DNA of 64,000 nucleotides from positions 2,604,001-2,668,000 of the forward strand of contig NEEC01000011.1 in assembly GCA_002189035.1 (NCBI GenBank), read 5' to 3'. Origin of the DNA: Utricularia gibba (Eukaryota > Plantae > Magnoliophyta). The notes beneath the pieces are model-generated. The model ran no database searches. It had not been told where the DNA came from and saw only the letters and a program-made list of their open reading frames with translations. This document shows, piece by piece, positions 50,128 through 62,942 of this stretch (position 1 is its first letter; each line of letters starts with the position of its first letter). The position numbers were made by a program, and so were the translations under genes.

Positions 50128-51396
50128 TCTGCCATAGACTTCTCGCAGGTACCACTCTTTCTCCAATCGATACTCTCAATTCCTCAAGCCTTTTCTCTGT
50201 AGCTCCTCTTCTTGTGATATTGAGAACTATGAATACCATGAAGGCATTTGCCTCTGCCAAGAGCAATGGTGAAATGCTTTGTGTGTATCAAGTGTGAATA
50301 TTGTAGTAGAATGTTGATTATTCGTTTGTGCCTTTGTGGGGTGAAAGAAGAGATTAGATTCCATTCTCTTCATTGAAGTTTTCTTGCCTTTTCTCTATTA
50401 TATTCTTTCATCTTCTCCCTTTTGGTTTCAGTTCGAATTAGCACCTTCTTAGTTATTACTCTTTAACCGGTACACTTAAAACCACATCTGGTTCATTGGT
50501 TATGGCACAAGTGACTGCATCCTTAATCCTTGCGTTGGTTCATAGAACTGCGATGACATGCCACTTCTTGTTTCATTCTTTTGTAGTTTGCTCTTTGTTA
50601 CTTACAAAAATATGCCCTTGTAGCTAGCCTACTGCTTTGAAATTATTTTTAACTCCATCAATGTGGAACTCCTCCCCACACCTCTTACTGATTTACGCTC
50701 GGGAAACCATATCTTAGATGCTCGTACCACATTATTCTGCCCCTCAATCCTTTTGTCAAAAGTGTGCAGCAAATTTTTTAGAAAGTGGTTCAAAAGCTTT
50801 CGGTTTCTTTATTCAGGTTCTTATTCTCCCCACTTGTGATTGAAATCCAGATCTCACCGGCCATTAATTGAAGACCACTGTATCCCTTCATACTAAACCG
50901 TGTTTAACTTTAGCCAAACCAAGTTTTGGTCATATGTTGATGCATACAAGACCAGGCACCAGACACGAAGAAAGCTTCTTGATCTAGTTCACATGGAAGC
51001 AACGGTAAACAATTCCAACTTTTGTGATAAATGGGCTTGTTTTGAATCTGATCCTTAGGTGATGGGCTTGTTCACGTTCTCTTCTCTGTTTTCATGCGTA
51101 AAGAGAACAAATGCCATTAGCCAAGTGTTCTTCTTTTTTTTTTGTATTTCAGCAGAAGGTTTGGCTAGAGAAGAGAAAGCTATGCAGCGAACATCTAAAG
51201 CACAGGTCTACAAAACTCCCTCATGAATAAAAAATCAAGCAAACACTTACCTCTCTAGCATCCTTCTTCCTCATGCCACAAATATAAACTGCACCCATTT
51301 TACATGAATCAGGGAATAGCTAACTATTTGTGGTTCAGATGATCCCTCATCTCGTCATCTGCCGGGGAAATGGCTACCATTTGAGAATCTCAAGCT

Positions 51397-52754
51397 TCAA
51401 GATGACTCATACTGCTGATCTGCAAAGCAATATTAGAACAGCTAGGTAAGACCGATTTGAACAAGGTTGTGAATGATTCAGATCATAGTGTATATGAATC
51501 ATATATCTTGTATGGTTGCAGTTCCCACAACCAAAAACCAATACGAGTTTTGACACAAGGATGACATTGTAAATTTCGGTGCATACCTTCGACTTCAACC
51601 CTCATGCGTTCTATAAGGTTGGCCAAGTTGGCACATATCTTCGCCTCAAGAGCTAATGAGCCAACAACTCCACCAAGTGATACCAACTCATGAAACTCAG
51701 AGTGCATCACGAACGTAGAGAAGTGTTCATCCACAGACATACTAAGGCACTTCACAACATTCTCCAGCGTTGGAATCCAATCACACACCTCCACCCCTGA
51801 GGATGCTTTCGGGCAAGGAACAACTTGTGGGAACATATTGTATTTCCTAATCCATTTCCCCAGGTACTGAATCAAGCCCTTCATCTCATCAAAGGAGAGC
51901 TTACTAACAGAAGCAGAGAAGATAACATGGTCGAAATTCGGAGACGAAAGCACATAATGCAAACATAGTTCGGTCACTGAGAAGCCATCGTATGCCAGCA
52001 TGATCAACAGAGCAGCTTCCTTCAAGGTAGACATCTCTTTCCCACTCTCTGCATTTTTACTAAGCTTATCGATCACTGATTGCGCCTGTTTCTCCCAGTG
52101 CCTTCTTATGCTCACCAGACTCTGGTATCCATTATCAGGGAAACTCAAAAAGTACTTGAGTATGCACAGTAGATCATATGCCTGGAGATCCAAGTGCTTC
52201 AGAGACAAAATGATGAGCTCAGAGTTCAGTTTTTCGATCAGCTTGGAAACCAGATATGTGGCATTGCATCGTTCTACCAACCCATTGGTTATCAGAGTCT
52301 CAAGCAAACTCCAAGCATCTAACTTGAGGCAACCCTCCAAAACTAGCCCCCTGAATTCCTTACCCATCATGAACCCTAATTTCTCTACCACTTCACAGGC
52401 GTATCCTTCTCCTGGCCTACCGAAGACGGAGGTAATCCCCGCTTTCTTCCCTGATTTCACCAAATAAGAAGCCACCATGTCCAAGAACTCACCTTTACCG
52501 AAAGAAACCTTTCCCAGATGGCGGCGAAGTTTCTTGGAGAAATTCAGGCTTAATTCGGTAAGGGCAGTGTCGGTTTGCGATAATTCCCAACCGACGACCT
52601 TTTGTGCTGGAAACCCGGATTCAGATGCTTCGACTTCAGGCTTCAGATTCAGGAGCACAGGTTCCGAGCTAAGCACTACTGGATAATCGGAGTCGTGGCC
52701 TGAAATGCTCTGTATACCACTTGAAGCTTTTGTAATTACTTCAAGAAGAGTCAT
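51397..52754 (-). CDS. Uncharacterised plant protein, about 410 aa, with a probable short second exon (DQQYESS*)
   Basis: 423-codon open frame from ATG 52754 with protein-like composition. A donor GAAG|GTATGC near its end and an acceptor at about 51420 give an in-frame short last exon. No function recognised. Confidence 0.78.
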
Positions 52755-53108
52755 TTTTTCTTTCTCAGTGAGGCGATGAGAACTGTCGATCAGTTAATCG
52801 AAGAATTCAGCAATCGTGCTTTGTTTGCTCGTGTCGGCGGGAACGGCAGCTGCGGCTGCGACGGCCGAGGCAGGTTCAGGCGTTATAATACAATGGGTCT
52901 GCGGGGGGCCGGGGGCATAAAATTGGGCCACGCCACATTCAAAATCAAAAAGTATTCTCCGGCCCAGGTTTTCGAACATTTCCATTGCCGACAGCGTGGA
53001 CTCTCGTTTTCTCCCCAAACACAATTCTGTGTATGGCTGATATTAGCATTGTCATCAAGGAACTGGTATTCGTTCCCGGATGTGTGGTGTTCCAGCCGGG
53101 CACGCGCA

Positions 53109-53519
53109 ATGGATCCTGCTATCTCTCTTGTGGCGTGGGAGTGATGCTCAGTATCCAATGTGATGTTTATTTTTGTTCATTGTTGTGTTCAGAGATCTTG
53201 AAACCTCCCATGGATTGAGTAGTTTGTGGACTATATCTGTGAGGGGCACACAAGGGGAGGGATTCCCGGATGCACCTTCAGGAAAAGTGAACACCGCTTT
53301 CCTCGAGTTGCCACAGACATGGATAGCAAGCTATTCCTTCAGCAGCAACATGGAGTCATCTGCTCCTTTTCTCTATGTACTGAGCCGGTACAGTGTCGTC
53401 ATGGTCCTTGAGTCATCATTCCGTGGTAACAGTTCTTTCATCTGCACTCCAACAAAAAGTCAATTCTCAACTGTGCCTTTTCTTTTTCCAGATATACAAA
53501 CACTCGAGGTGCTTCTTAG
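53109..53519 (+). CDS. Possible small spliced ORF (about 83-85 aa) or lncRNA
   Basis: MDPAISLVA(WE)|DLETSHGLSSLW..SAPFLYVLSR|YTNTRGAS* is joined by two phase-2 GT-AG introns, downstream of site II elements. No recognisable homology. Confidence 0.25.
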
Positions 53520-53928
53520 CCACTGAGGTCAGAGAAAGCAACATGCGGAGCTGGAAGGATGACGATGGAGGTTTTGGCTACCCCAAAACCTGCAAGAAGA
53601 GGCAGCTATCCACAAAAGGTGAACAAAGTTGCTATAAAATGCAGTGAATTCGGGGTACATACTGGTTACATAACATTTACCGGACTCTGTTCTATATCTT
53701 AGCCAACTTTCTTGGCTGGTTATTAAATGATTCCATGGCTCCGTGAACAGCAGAATGAAAGCAAGAATAAGCCAAGAAATAAAAGGGCCATTGGGCAGGT
53801 TCACCACCCATCAGAAGGGATGTTTGCTAGTTGACTGTTGTTTCTGTTACAATCTTGGGCAGTAGATATAGAGTACTGTCACGTTATGTTACAATCACCA
53901 TAGTTAAGCTTTTTATTGATTCTCATCC

Positions 53929-55793
53929 TCAGCTAAGGCATTGCTTACTACGAAAATCTTCCAGAAGCATTGTCATGAGCTTTTTCAGTCTTTGGGCACC
54001 CGGACCAGGCTTGAAAAGGGAATCATTACCTCGGATGGAGCAAGGGTCAGCTCCGGCGCCACCGCACCAGCCACCAGGAACAAACCGATTACTACTTCTG
54101 TTGAGTAACACCTCGTCGATCTTTTCCAGAACCGGGTCATCCTTGTGGAACTTCCTGGCAAAGGGGGCACTGCTGTTAACCATGCTACTGAAGTCCTTGC
54201 TTGTTAATACCCTGGGGTGCTGCTTTGGGGGAGTGTCCCAGGCAATGTAGTGGAGATCATGGCTTACTGCAGTGTGTCTAAATTCATTGTTGTTGCAGAT
54301 AATCGTATGAAAGTAACCTTCGGGAGACGACACGAAGTTTGTATAGTACATGAGGATAGTTCTTGGGAGGTTATCCCAGCCCCATATGCAGTACTCCAAA
54401 AATGAACGGGTTAGCATGACCCAAGCTGAGCCTGTTGAAGCGATGCAACTTTTACTTCATGTCTCATATTTGAATGCAAAATAACACGGTTCAGAGATGT
54501 AAATACGCAACACAGAGTGTAATCTATGATGAACACCAAGTTGAAATTCAAAGTATCAGAACTTGCTCACCAGTAAACAACTTAAAAGATGTTGGCAGTG
54601 AACGACGCTGAGTAGTCACTGCAATATCTGATTTCCTTGATAAGTATAGACCAGGATCTATTATGATTGGCTTTGCTCTTTGATTCCTAAAAACAAGAAC
54701 ACATAATATGAGATTAAGCAAATTCTTGTTTTGTAGTGCAAAGCTTTCAATACGTGCAGAGAAACATACAGCTTCCACCCATATATTTGTCCATGCTCGA
54801 TGAAGTTCAGATCACGAGGCACATTCGACAAAACATAGAGTAGGTCTGTGCTACAAAAAAACCCACAACCAAACATCAGTTGACGAGAACAAAAAAACCA
54901 TTACTGAAGCAAAATGGTATTTATGGTGCAGTTCCAGATTCCAACTCAGGGAAGATGTTAAGATAGTTGTATTGCTTCCAACTAGAAAGGACGCCACAAA
55001 GAAAAAAATTGTTTTGATCTCATGCAAAAAGAAAGAAAGCTTTGAAATCGTTTCACCAGTTCTCTTTCTTCTAATTCAATAAGATATACAAACGGTACAT
55101 AATACTCCAATTTGTGCAGTTCTTGAAAACAAAGTTTCACTGATAGCTGAAGGACAACAATTTAAGCAAGTACAAAACAAAGACCTGACCATCTGGGGTG
55201 ACAAGAGGATAATCAGATGCACTCAGATTAATAAACCAGTCCCATTTCGAGCTCTCTCTCAGTAATATTGCTACGGCTTGAAGGGTACATGCTATCATGG
55301 TCGGACCTTTATACGTTACCAAATTTGATTGAGCCATTACACGAACATTCTCAACTTCACTAAACGTCGGATCATTCTTCACAGACATGGTAAGATTCAA
55401 CCTCTCCTTCGGAGAGGACTCCAAATCCATATGAAGAATGTACTGATTTCTGGGATGATACACAGCTTTTAATGTCCTCATCATCCTCTGACTATCACCT
55501 TTTGTTCCAGAAATTAAATAAGCAAGCCTTGGCGGCTCGAGTTCTGAAGGTTCAACGATATGAGTAGAGTTGCCGAAATCAGATTCCACGAAGTAATCAG
55601 AATCAGAATCAGAAATTTCAACTTCTTGATTGAACTGAACCTGGGTATGTGGTGATAAGTAGAGAAGAAAAATCGTTGTAGAGCAAAGAATGATAAATCC
55701 AAACAGGGAGACAAAAAATGGAAGTTTCCATCTTCTATCATTAAACAGCAACACCCTCCCCGAAGCAAAGTGAACACCTTTTTTAAAGCTCAT
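53929..55793 (-). CDS. GlcAT14: Beta-glucuronosyltransferase, GT14 family (GlcAT14-like), 4 exons
   Basis: TM anchor, PPRLAYLISGTKGD, YHPRNQYILHMD, VTYKGPTM, WDWFINLSASDYPLVT, PIIIDPGLY, FKLFTGSAW, WDNLPRTILMYYTNFVSSPEGYFHT, HDLHYIAWD, PFARKF. Confidence 0.93.
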
Positions 55794-56541
55794 CTCTTCA
55801 GCTATCCCAAGCAACCCCACCCAGAAGCTAAATTCTTTTCTATAATCAATCTCCCAAATCAATTTCAACCCCCTTTAACCAAACTGAGCCCTCAGAACTG
55901 CGTGATCTCAAAAAAACTCATTTTGAAAAACTGTGAAGTTTCCAAGCGTTCCCCGAGCTTCTTCGGGCTTACGCTACACGTCGGCATTCTACAAGTCCCC
56001 ATGCCGTCGCAAAACTGCGGCGAGAAGTGTGGAGACAAGCGATCCAGGACTCGGAAGAGTAAGACGAGGGATTGGCGAAGATGAAATCGACGGCAATGAG
56101 TGAATTCAAGAGGCGGGTGCAGATGCCGCAGGTGCACCTGAGCAACACATTAACATTTCCCATTACTATTTAACAATTATTTATTCTCAACAAATTATAT
56201 CCCGCGCTGTAAACCCGACAGGTCCTCGGAGCCTCGTCCGCCGCCCGCCGGCGCGGCTGCTCCGGGATCTGAAATCTCTTGTAACCGCAATTGTGGAATT
56301 GGGATAATGACTCTTGTATTCCGCCGACGTTGAAGTCAAGAAACAGGAATGAGAACGAGAACATAATACCAGGTTTTCAATTTGGAGCCTAAATTACCAA
56401 ATCTATACACTGCTCTGTTCATTGCAGAGAGGATGAAGAAACAACTAGGAAAAGGCATGATCTTGATTACATACGCAGTCATACAGCCGAACCCAAAACA
56501 CTTGCCATTTCTCCCAATGCGACTAGCGGTCTCCAATCCGG

Positions 56542-58025
56542 TCACCACGGCGAGTAATCATCGTATCTGTAGTCGTCGTAAGAGCCATGGTGAAGACTCC
56601 GGGAGGTGTTGTGATCCCTGGTCTGAAACCAAGCACCAACAGCATGAAAATCACAATGTGCAACCACAAACAGCCAACAACAACCTCAAAGGATCCAGCA
56701 AACAGTCGAAATTCTAAAGCAACGGGAACCCCACAAGAGATCTCAGAAAAAAAAATGGTGTTTCAAGCACTTCGTTTGAACTGGTAGAAGCAGAACTGTG
56801 ATGCGTTTCCAGGTATCTTAAAGGCTTTTGAGATATGGTTCGAATGAGATTCATATTGAATAGTTAGGTAAGGGAAAGGGTACATACCCGATGAATGATC
56901 CTCTCAAGAGCTTCGCTTCCATTCTCTTGAATGTATTTCTCAGCAGCAGTGAGGATGTCATCTTGTTTTCCGAAAGCATCCTTCCTCCTTGGAACATACC
57001 AGATGTTAACTGTCTTCTGGCGAGTAACGAGATATGGCCTGACATAGTGTTGATACACATAAGCTGCTCCACTGAAGTATGGAAGGACTAGCCAGCAGGT
57101 GAAAATGAGCTTCGCATACGACCAAAATGGCAGCCTTGAAGAAACAAAGTTTAGCTTCCCTTCGTGAGAAAAACTTCAGCTGATGGAAGAACATGTACAG
57201 TAGCACAAGGCAACACAGGGATAGCAAAGAAATCCCTTGCCGAAGTAACCCCTAGAAAATCAAACCACCATGGATTGCTATCTGAAACACTCCCCCTTTC
57301 CTACATCCTTCTATGCGCTACTTTCTATACCTTAACTTCACTAAATTCCAGCTCGGAAACCCAGGAGAGCAGCTTATTACTACATGGTGCTCATTACTTA
57401 CTTTCGCTATACAATGCAAACAAGAAGAAAACTAAACTGCAAGCTAAACATCGTTCTTCTAATGAAATTACACTTACCATTCGATAAGCTTTGCAAAAGT
57501 GAGCTCAAAGAGTGTAATCATTGAATAAAGAACCCAGTACGTTAGCCATTGCTGATCATCTGCAGATGCCTTCGTTTCGATTGCCTGAATAGACGCATAT
57601 CTGCCCAAGATTCAAGGTCCCGCCATTATTACGAGCACAATACTCCAACAGCATCATCACACACACGAATAGGACAGCAACTGAAAGATACTGAAAGCCA
57701 ATAGCTTCACTTACAGAGGGTAAACCAGACTAACTACAGGCCTGCAAAAAAGGAGCAAAAGCACGCAATCAAAATCCCATTTCTTCAATAAATGCTGGCA
57801 TACCCAATAGAGAATTATAATTGCCACCCGGAATCAAGTTCCAATTTTTTTAAAAAAATAAAACTTAGACCCTTGGCTCAACCCGAAAAATCTCCTATTC
57901 ATACTACCATCATGCTCTCTCTGACAAGAAACCGATTAATAGTAGAGAAAGGATGTTTACCCAGCAAGAATGTCGAAATTTGTCACTATCAGTTTGAGGA
58001 AACTCGCGACCCCAGATGCACCCAT
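56542..58025 (-). CDS. HVA22A: HVA22-like protein a (reticulon-interacting/Yop1 family), 5 exons
   Basis: MGASGVASFLKLIVTNFDILAG|PVVSLVYPL|YASIQAIETKASADDQQWLTYWVLYS..EW|LPFWSYAKL..NIWYVPRRKD..DDILTAAEKYIQENG..|TRDHNT..YDDYRYDDYSPW*. Confidence 0.92.
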
Positions 58026-58339
58026 CTCATAAAAACTAAAAATCCAGAAGATCTGTGACCTTTCGACAGCGGAATGTACTCAGAAATGATAAAAATTGGA
58101 GTAAAGAGGCTTCCTTTCTTCAATCGCACGCGTCCAACCGGGGAATAGGATAAGTTTTCGAACCAAACTTTGAGTTCACAAAAAACCGAAATAGAATGAT
58201 ATGATGCAGCGAATAACGAAGACAATTTGTAGGCAAATGGACAGGTGTTGTCCAGATGTGAACCCCAGATCTGCCGTCGATGACACCAAACGCTGTCGGT
58301 ATGGCCCTAAAACAGTATCATTTATTTTCTTTTAAAATT

Positions 58340-58410
58340 ACTAATTATTTCAATTAATATTGGGCCTGAAAATGGAGCCCATGAGCCTGTTAATCCATGA
58401 TGGCCCAATA
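58340..58410. promoter_or_regulatory. Compact bidirectional promoter between HVA22A and ClpR2 with site II elements
   Basis: tgggcctg, agcccat and tggcccaat lie in a gap of about 200 bp between divergent transcripts. Confidence 0.55.
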
Positions 58411-58463
58411 ACGGGTGCTCGAAATCCACCGTTGTCCCTCTCCTGAGACCTGGCTCTGCAGCG

Positions 58464-60174
58464 ATGGCGTTCTCGTTATCCTCGCATCTGCATTCGGGAA
58501 TGGAAGTTTCTCAGCCGGCGATCAGGTTCTACTCCTCCTGGGTATTACGCATCCTTGGGCCACGTCGTCTTTCTCACCCTTACGTATGACTGTGCTTTGC
58601 AGTTGTGCCAGCAAGGTGTATGCGGGGTTAAGGTTCCAGTCCCCGAGTACGTCTTCTATCCGAAGATTATTTGGGTTTCATCATTTTATGTGAATTATAA
58701 GTTTTACTCATTTGGTATTCAACAGATTGCTTTGGATTTGGAAAACCGAATTTGAATGTGGAGTTTCACAGAAAAGTATACGAGAGTGTTCGTTCAAGGT
58801 AAAGGTCTACGTTATTGTTAATATGTTGAGCACTCTCAGTTAATTGAATTCCGGGTTATTTTCTAGTTGATTAATGATGTTTACTGCTCTATTTTCGCTG
58901 TACAGAAACGGGAAGGCAACAAAAGCCCGAGTTTGTATGATGCCAATTGGAACTCCCAGAGTGCCTTACAGAAATCAAACTGAGGGAACTTGGCAATGGG
59001 TTGATTTGTGGAATGCTCTCGTACGTAATCTTCCTCCTCGGTTTATCAAGTGCGAGAAACCGCGAAACTTCTCAGATTCTGTTTCTTGTTTATATGAGAC
59101 TTTTTGAATTACCATTGGGTTTGGGTTTGGGTTTGGAAATGTCTTCTTGATTAAAGTTTTTGTTTGTTTTTTATTCTTTTACTGCAGTACCGGGAACGTA
59201 TTATTTTCATCGGGCAGCATATTGATGAAGAGTTCAGCAATCAAATCCTTGCGACAATGTTATACCTTGACAGCGTTGATGACTCGAGGAAGCTGTATAT
59301 GTACATAAATGGTCCTGGAGGGGATGTGTGATCTCTTTGCCCCATCATTTGTATTTTGTTTCTTTGCTTTTGCATCCCACTGCTGAAGCATTTCTCTCTT
59401 GGCTGTATGCAGCTTACTCCTAGCATGGCCATCTATGACACTATGCAAAGCTTGAAAAGTCCTGTGGGTACTCACTGTGTTGGCTTCGCATATAATCTGG
59501 CAGGTTTTCTTCTTACTGCTGGTGAAAAGGTACATAAAAAGTAGTCTTAGGACCATTGTTATAATCAGAAATAATCTTCAAATAGGGTGGCTCCACGAGT
59601 ATATTGTAGTTGAGAACCACGTAAATAAGCCCCCCTGTGTTCCAACCTTGATCTCGAACCAGATTGCTCATCCCATAAACCATTTTTTTAGGGTAATCGA
59701 TTTGCAATGCCCCTTTCAAGAATTGCTCTTCAATCGCCTGCTGGAGCCGCCCGTGGACAGGTGTGTGTGGCTGCTTTAGTGTCTGCTATTCCATGAAATT
59801 GTTCCATGTTAATTATAGGACACTCTTTGCAGGCAGATGACATTCGAAACGAAGCCGATGAGCTGCTAAGAATCAGGGACTATCTCTTTAAGGAGTTGTC
59901 TAAGAAAACTGGACAACCTGTGGAAAAGGTACTGCCGTTGGTTTCTGCATTTTCAGCTCCTTGACTTCTTCACACTTTTTATACTGAAGAACAATTGATG
60001 TCTTACTTATTTTGATTCCGATATTTCGCTACACAGATCCTCCAAGACCTGAGTCGTATGAAGCGGTTCAATTCCCAAGAAGCCCTTGAATATGGCCTCA
60101 TTGATCGGATTGTGAGGCCCTCCCGGATAAAGGCTAATGCTCCACAAAAGGGAGGGACTACAGGTCTTGGTTAA
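58464..60174 (+). CDS. CLPR2: Plastid Clp protease non-catalytic subunit ClpR2, 9 exons
   Basis: [28 protein letters not shown]|[29 protein letters not shown].., [47 protein letters not shown]|ADDIRNEA.., ..[13 protein letters not shown]. Confidence 0.95.
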
Positions 60175-60588
60175 TCAAGTTGCGGGTGCTGGTAAAGTAT
60201 AGATCTTTGTTCCATCTGCTCTTGAACCCTTCCTTGGCTGTCAGCTTCCTAGAATATTCAATCTTATGAAGTTGCTTCTTTGTTGTGCAGCACGGAGTTT
60301 ATTCTGATCTGAGCTGTGGGTTATAATCATTCCTATAGTGTATGAGACAATGTATGCATTTCAATTAGAATATATGCCTTTTTCATTTCCAATAGCACTG
60401 CATCCCTGTCGAGTAAAGTATCTATGCTGCTAGTACAGGCGTTATGTATATGCATATCAATGCTGTTTTTCAGTAGCACCGAAACTCGATAAATAAGAGT
60501 CGGCAGCTATGAGATTACCATCATGAATGGAAGAACTCAGAGGAGGTATATATACTTGTGTTGTTATGTTTGCTCCAGACCATCTTCA

Positions 60589-61613
60589 TCAGGATGAAGC
60601 CAGCAAGCACCCAAACACTTTCTGGAAGCATTTTGATTGTTGGATGGAGTTCCTCAGCAGCTGACTGATGAAGCTTGGAAAGGGCAGTGGAGATGAGTTC
60701 TCCGATGTCTGTGCAGCCTTATCCTCGATACTCCGATGAAGGTAGAATGTCCTCCGGCCAAGATCTCCGATCAAATCAGACCTGCTCAGACCTGTTTGCT
60801 CACAAGACAATGGGTACACGATGAGACACATTCTGAGTCAAAGATGCCCGCTTCATACCCAACTCACTTTCAAGTGTGAACTTGGAGTGGTGCAGACCGC
60901 ACGTGGTAGCTGCATCTTTCTCCAGCAGAGGCGTTCTTCCTTCTTCCCTGTACCTCTCCAGCACCGTGCTTATCATCTCGTCCACGGTGGCTCCCAATCT
61001 CACGATCGCCCGTACCGGCCCGGGGCTTCCTTCCACTGTTACATTCACCAACACCTTGGCATCCTTGTCGAAACCTCGCTGCAATCGAATCGTACATACT
61101 CCTTCAGTTCCCGACAAAGAAGATGAACTACTTAGGTGTTGACGTGTAAGAATGTAATAACTGTTAGAAGCTGAATGAAGATCGTGTCTTTAATGCTGAA
61201 AGAGTTGAAGATGCGTACAGGTATTACAATTCTTTGAAAACTAACACACGCATTCACCGAATCAGACCAAACAAACCGCACGCCCGTAGTATGTATAGTA
61301 ACTTTACCTTTGTACCCCTCACGGGGGCGCGATTGGCGGGAGAGCTGAAGATGTCGCTGCACGTGCGCTGCCGGGCAAGTACTTCTTCAACCTCAGTCTT
61401 CGACGGCTCCGATTCGGCAGGGACGTTCCGAAGCGACGGCTGCGACAAGCTTCTTGTAATCCTTCGCGAGGAGTTCCTCCGCCGGTGTTTCCGGCCGGAA
61501 GAAGATGAAGAAGTCGGCGATGGCGAAGGTGAAGGCCTTGCAAGTCGAGGATTAGTGATCGTCCTCCGATCGACCGGAATCCTTCGGCTGAGGCCGAAAT
61601 CCTCCTTTGACAT
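60589..61613 (-). CDS. Uncharacterised plant protein (At4g22758-like / DUF7054-type), 3 exons
   Basis: Ser/Arg-rich N-terminus, then [51 protein letters not shown]|[18 protein letters not shown]. Confidence 0.8.
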
Positions 61614-62117
61614 AAAAGTCTGGAGGAGAGTGCGTGCAACTGCCCCCGGTAGGAAAAATCGAACTTCCAGCTTTATAATATTTAACCAAAAAAAAGTTAA
61701 TTCATATTCATTAAAAAAACACCCAAAAATTAAATTGTGAATATAATTTTTTTCCTTTAAAAGCACAAAACAATTCAATAATTAATATTTTATTAAAATA
61801 AATTCAAATATATTTTTTAACTCATTCAAATCGATTTTAGTGATTCCCACGCATGTATGTAACTGAAGAAACTGTTTGAAGAAATATGGGGCCCGTGGAC
61901 CCACTAAAAAGTGGACATTTATTGGGCTGCATCCAGTTCGATTCAGTGGGCCGGCCCAACAATTATGAAATATAAAGTTGATTAATATTAAAATTAATTT
62001 GATTAAATTACAAATTGAAATTGAGAAATTAAAAAGTTCAATTTGATGTATTAGCGGACAAGGATATTGAATAAGTGAAGTCCGTGTTTGGACAGTCCGT
62101 GACTCTACACCTCGACA

Positions 62118-62942
62118 ATGGGACTCTCGAAGATCGCAATCGCCGCCGTGGCGACGGCGCTATTCCTACTGTTCCTAGGAACCGCCGAGGCGCAGTCGGC
62201 GGGAGGTTGCATTCAGCCGCTGCTGGTGTGCGCGCCTTTCTTGAACGGCACGACTCCGTCCGGCGAGTGCTGCGCCGCGATGCAAGACGTCATCGCGCAT
62301 CAGCTTCCGTGTCTCTGCGCTATCTACTCAAATCCCGCGGTTCTTCAAGGGATTAATGTCAATCTCACTCAGGCTCTCACGCTCCCAGCACAATGCAATA
62401 TCCACACCGGGGTTTCCGTTTGCTTCGGTACAATCAAACTCAGATCCATTTGAATTATCATTAATTGAGTTTTTGTGTGTAACTCTGCGTCTTGTTGTTG
62501 TTAATGAGCAGCGCCGCCGCCGGCATCGGCGCCCCGCCCATCCCCCGTCCCGACCCCCACAACAGGTATCGGGATTCAAACTCTTGTTTAGGGTTAAATT
62601 AAATGCTAAAGTCAAAGATTACAACCGCACCATGTGAATGAGTTGGGGTGGGTGGTGAAAATGCAACCGCGTTGGGCTCAGAAAGCATTCATTCCATGCT
62701 TGACTAGTTTATCCACATCTTTCTTGTTACCTTTTTTGCTGCAAGTTTTTGACCGTTTTACGGTGTGGTTCTGAATCGGTTTCTGAGTTGAAGCCATTTG
62801 TCTCTTTAAAGTTGTGATCTTGGGTTTTGGGTTGTTAATCTGACCATTGAGATGATGTTGTTCAGATAATGGTATCGGAAAAGCATCCTGGATCGGGCTG
62901 CCGGCATCAATCTTTGCCATGGTTCTCGCATTTCTCTATTGA
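62118..62942 (+). CDS. GPI-anchored non-specific lipid transfer protein (LTPG / xylogen-like), 3 exons
   Basis: Signal peptide, 8-Cys pattern C..C..CC..CLC..C..C, a Pro-rich linker exon (62512-62565) and a hydrophobic C-terminus DNGIGKASWIGLPASIFAMVLAFLY*. Confidence 0.87.
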
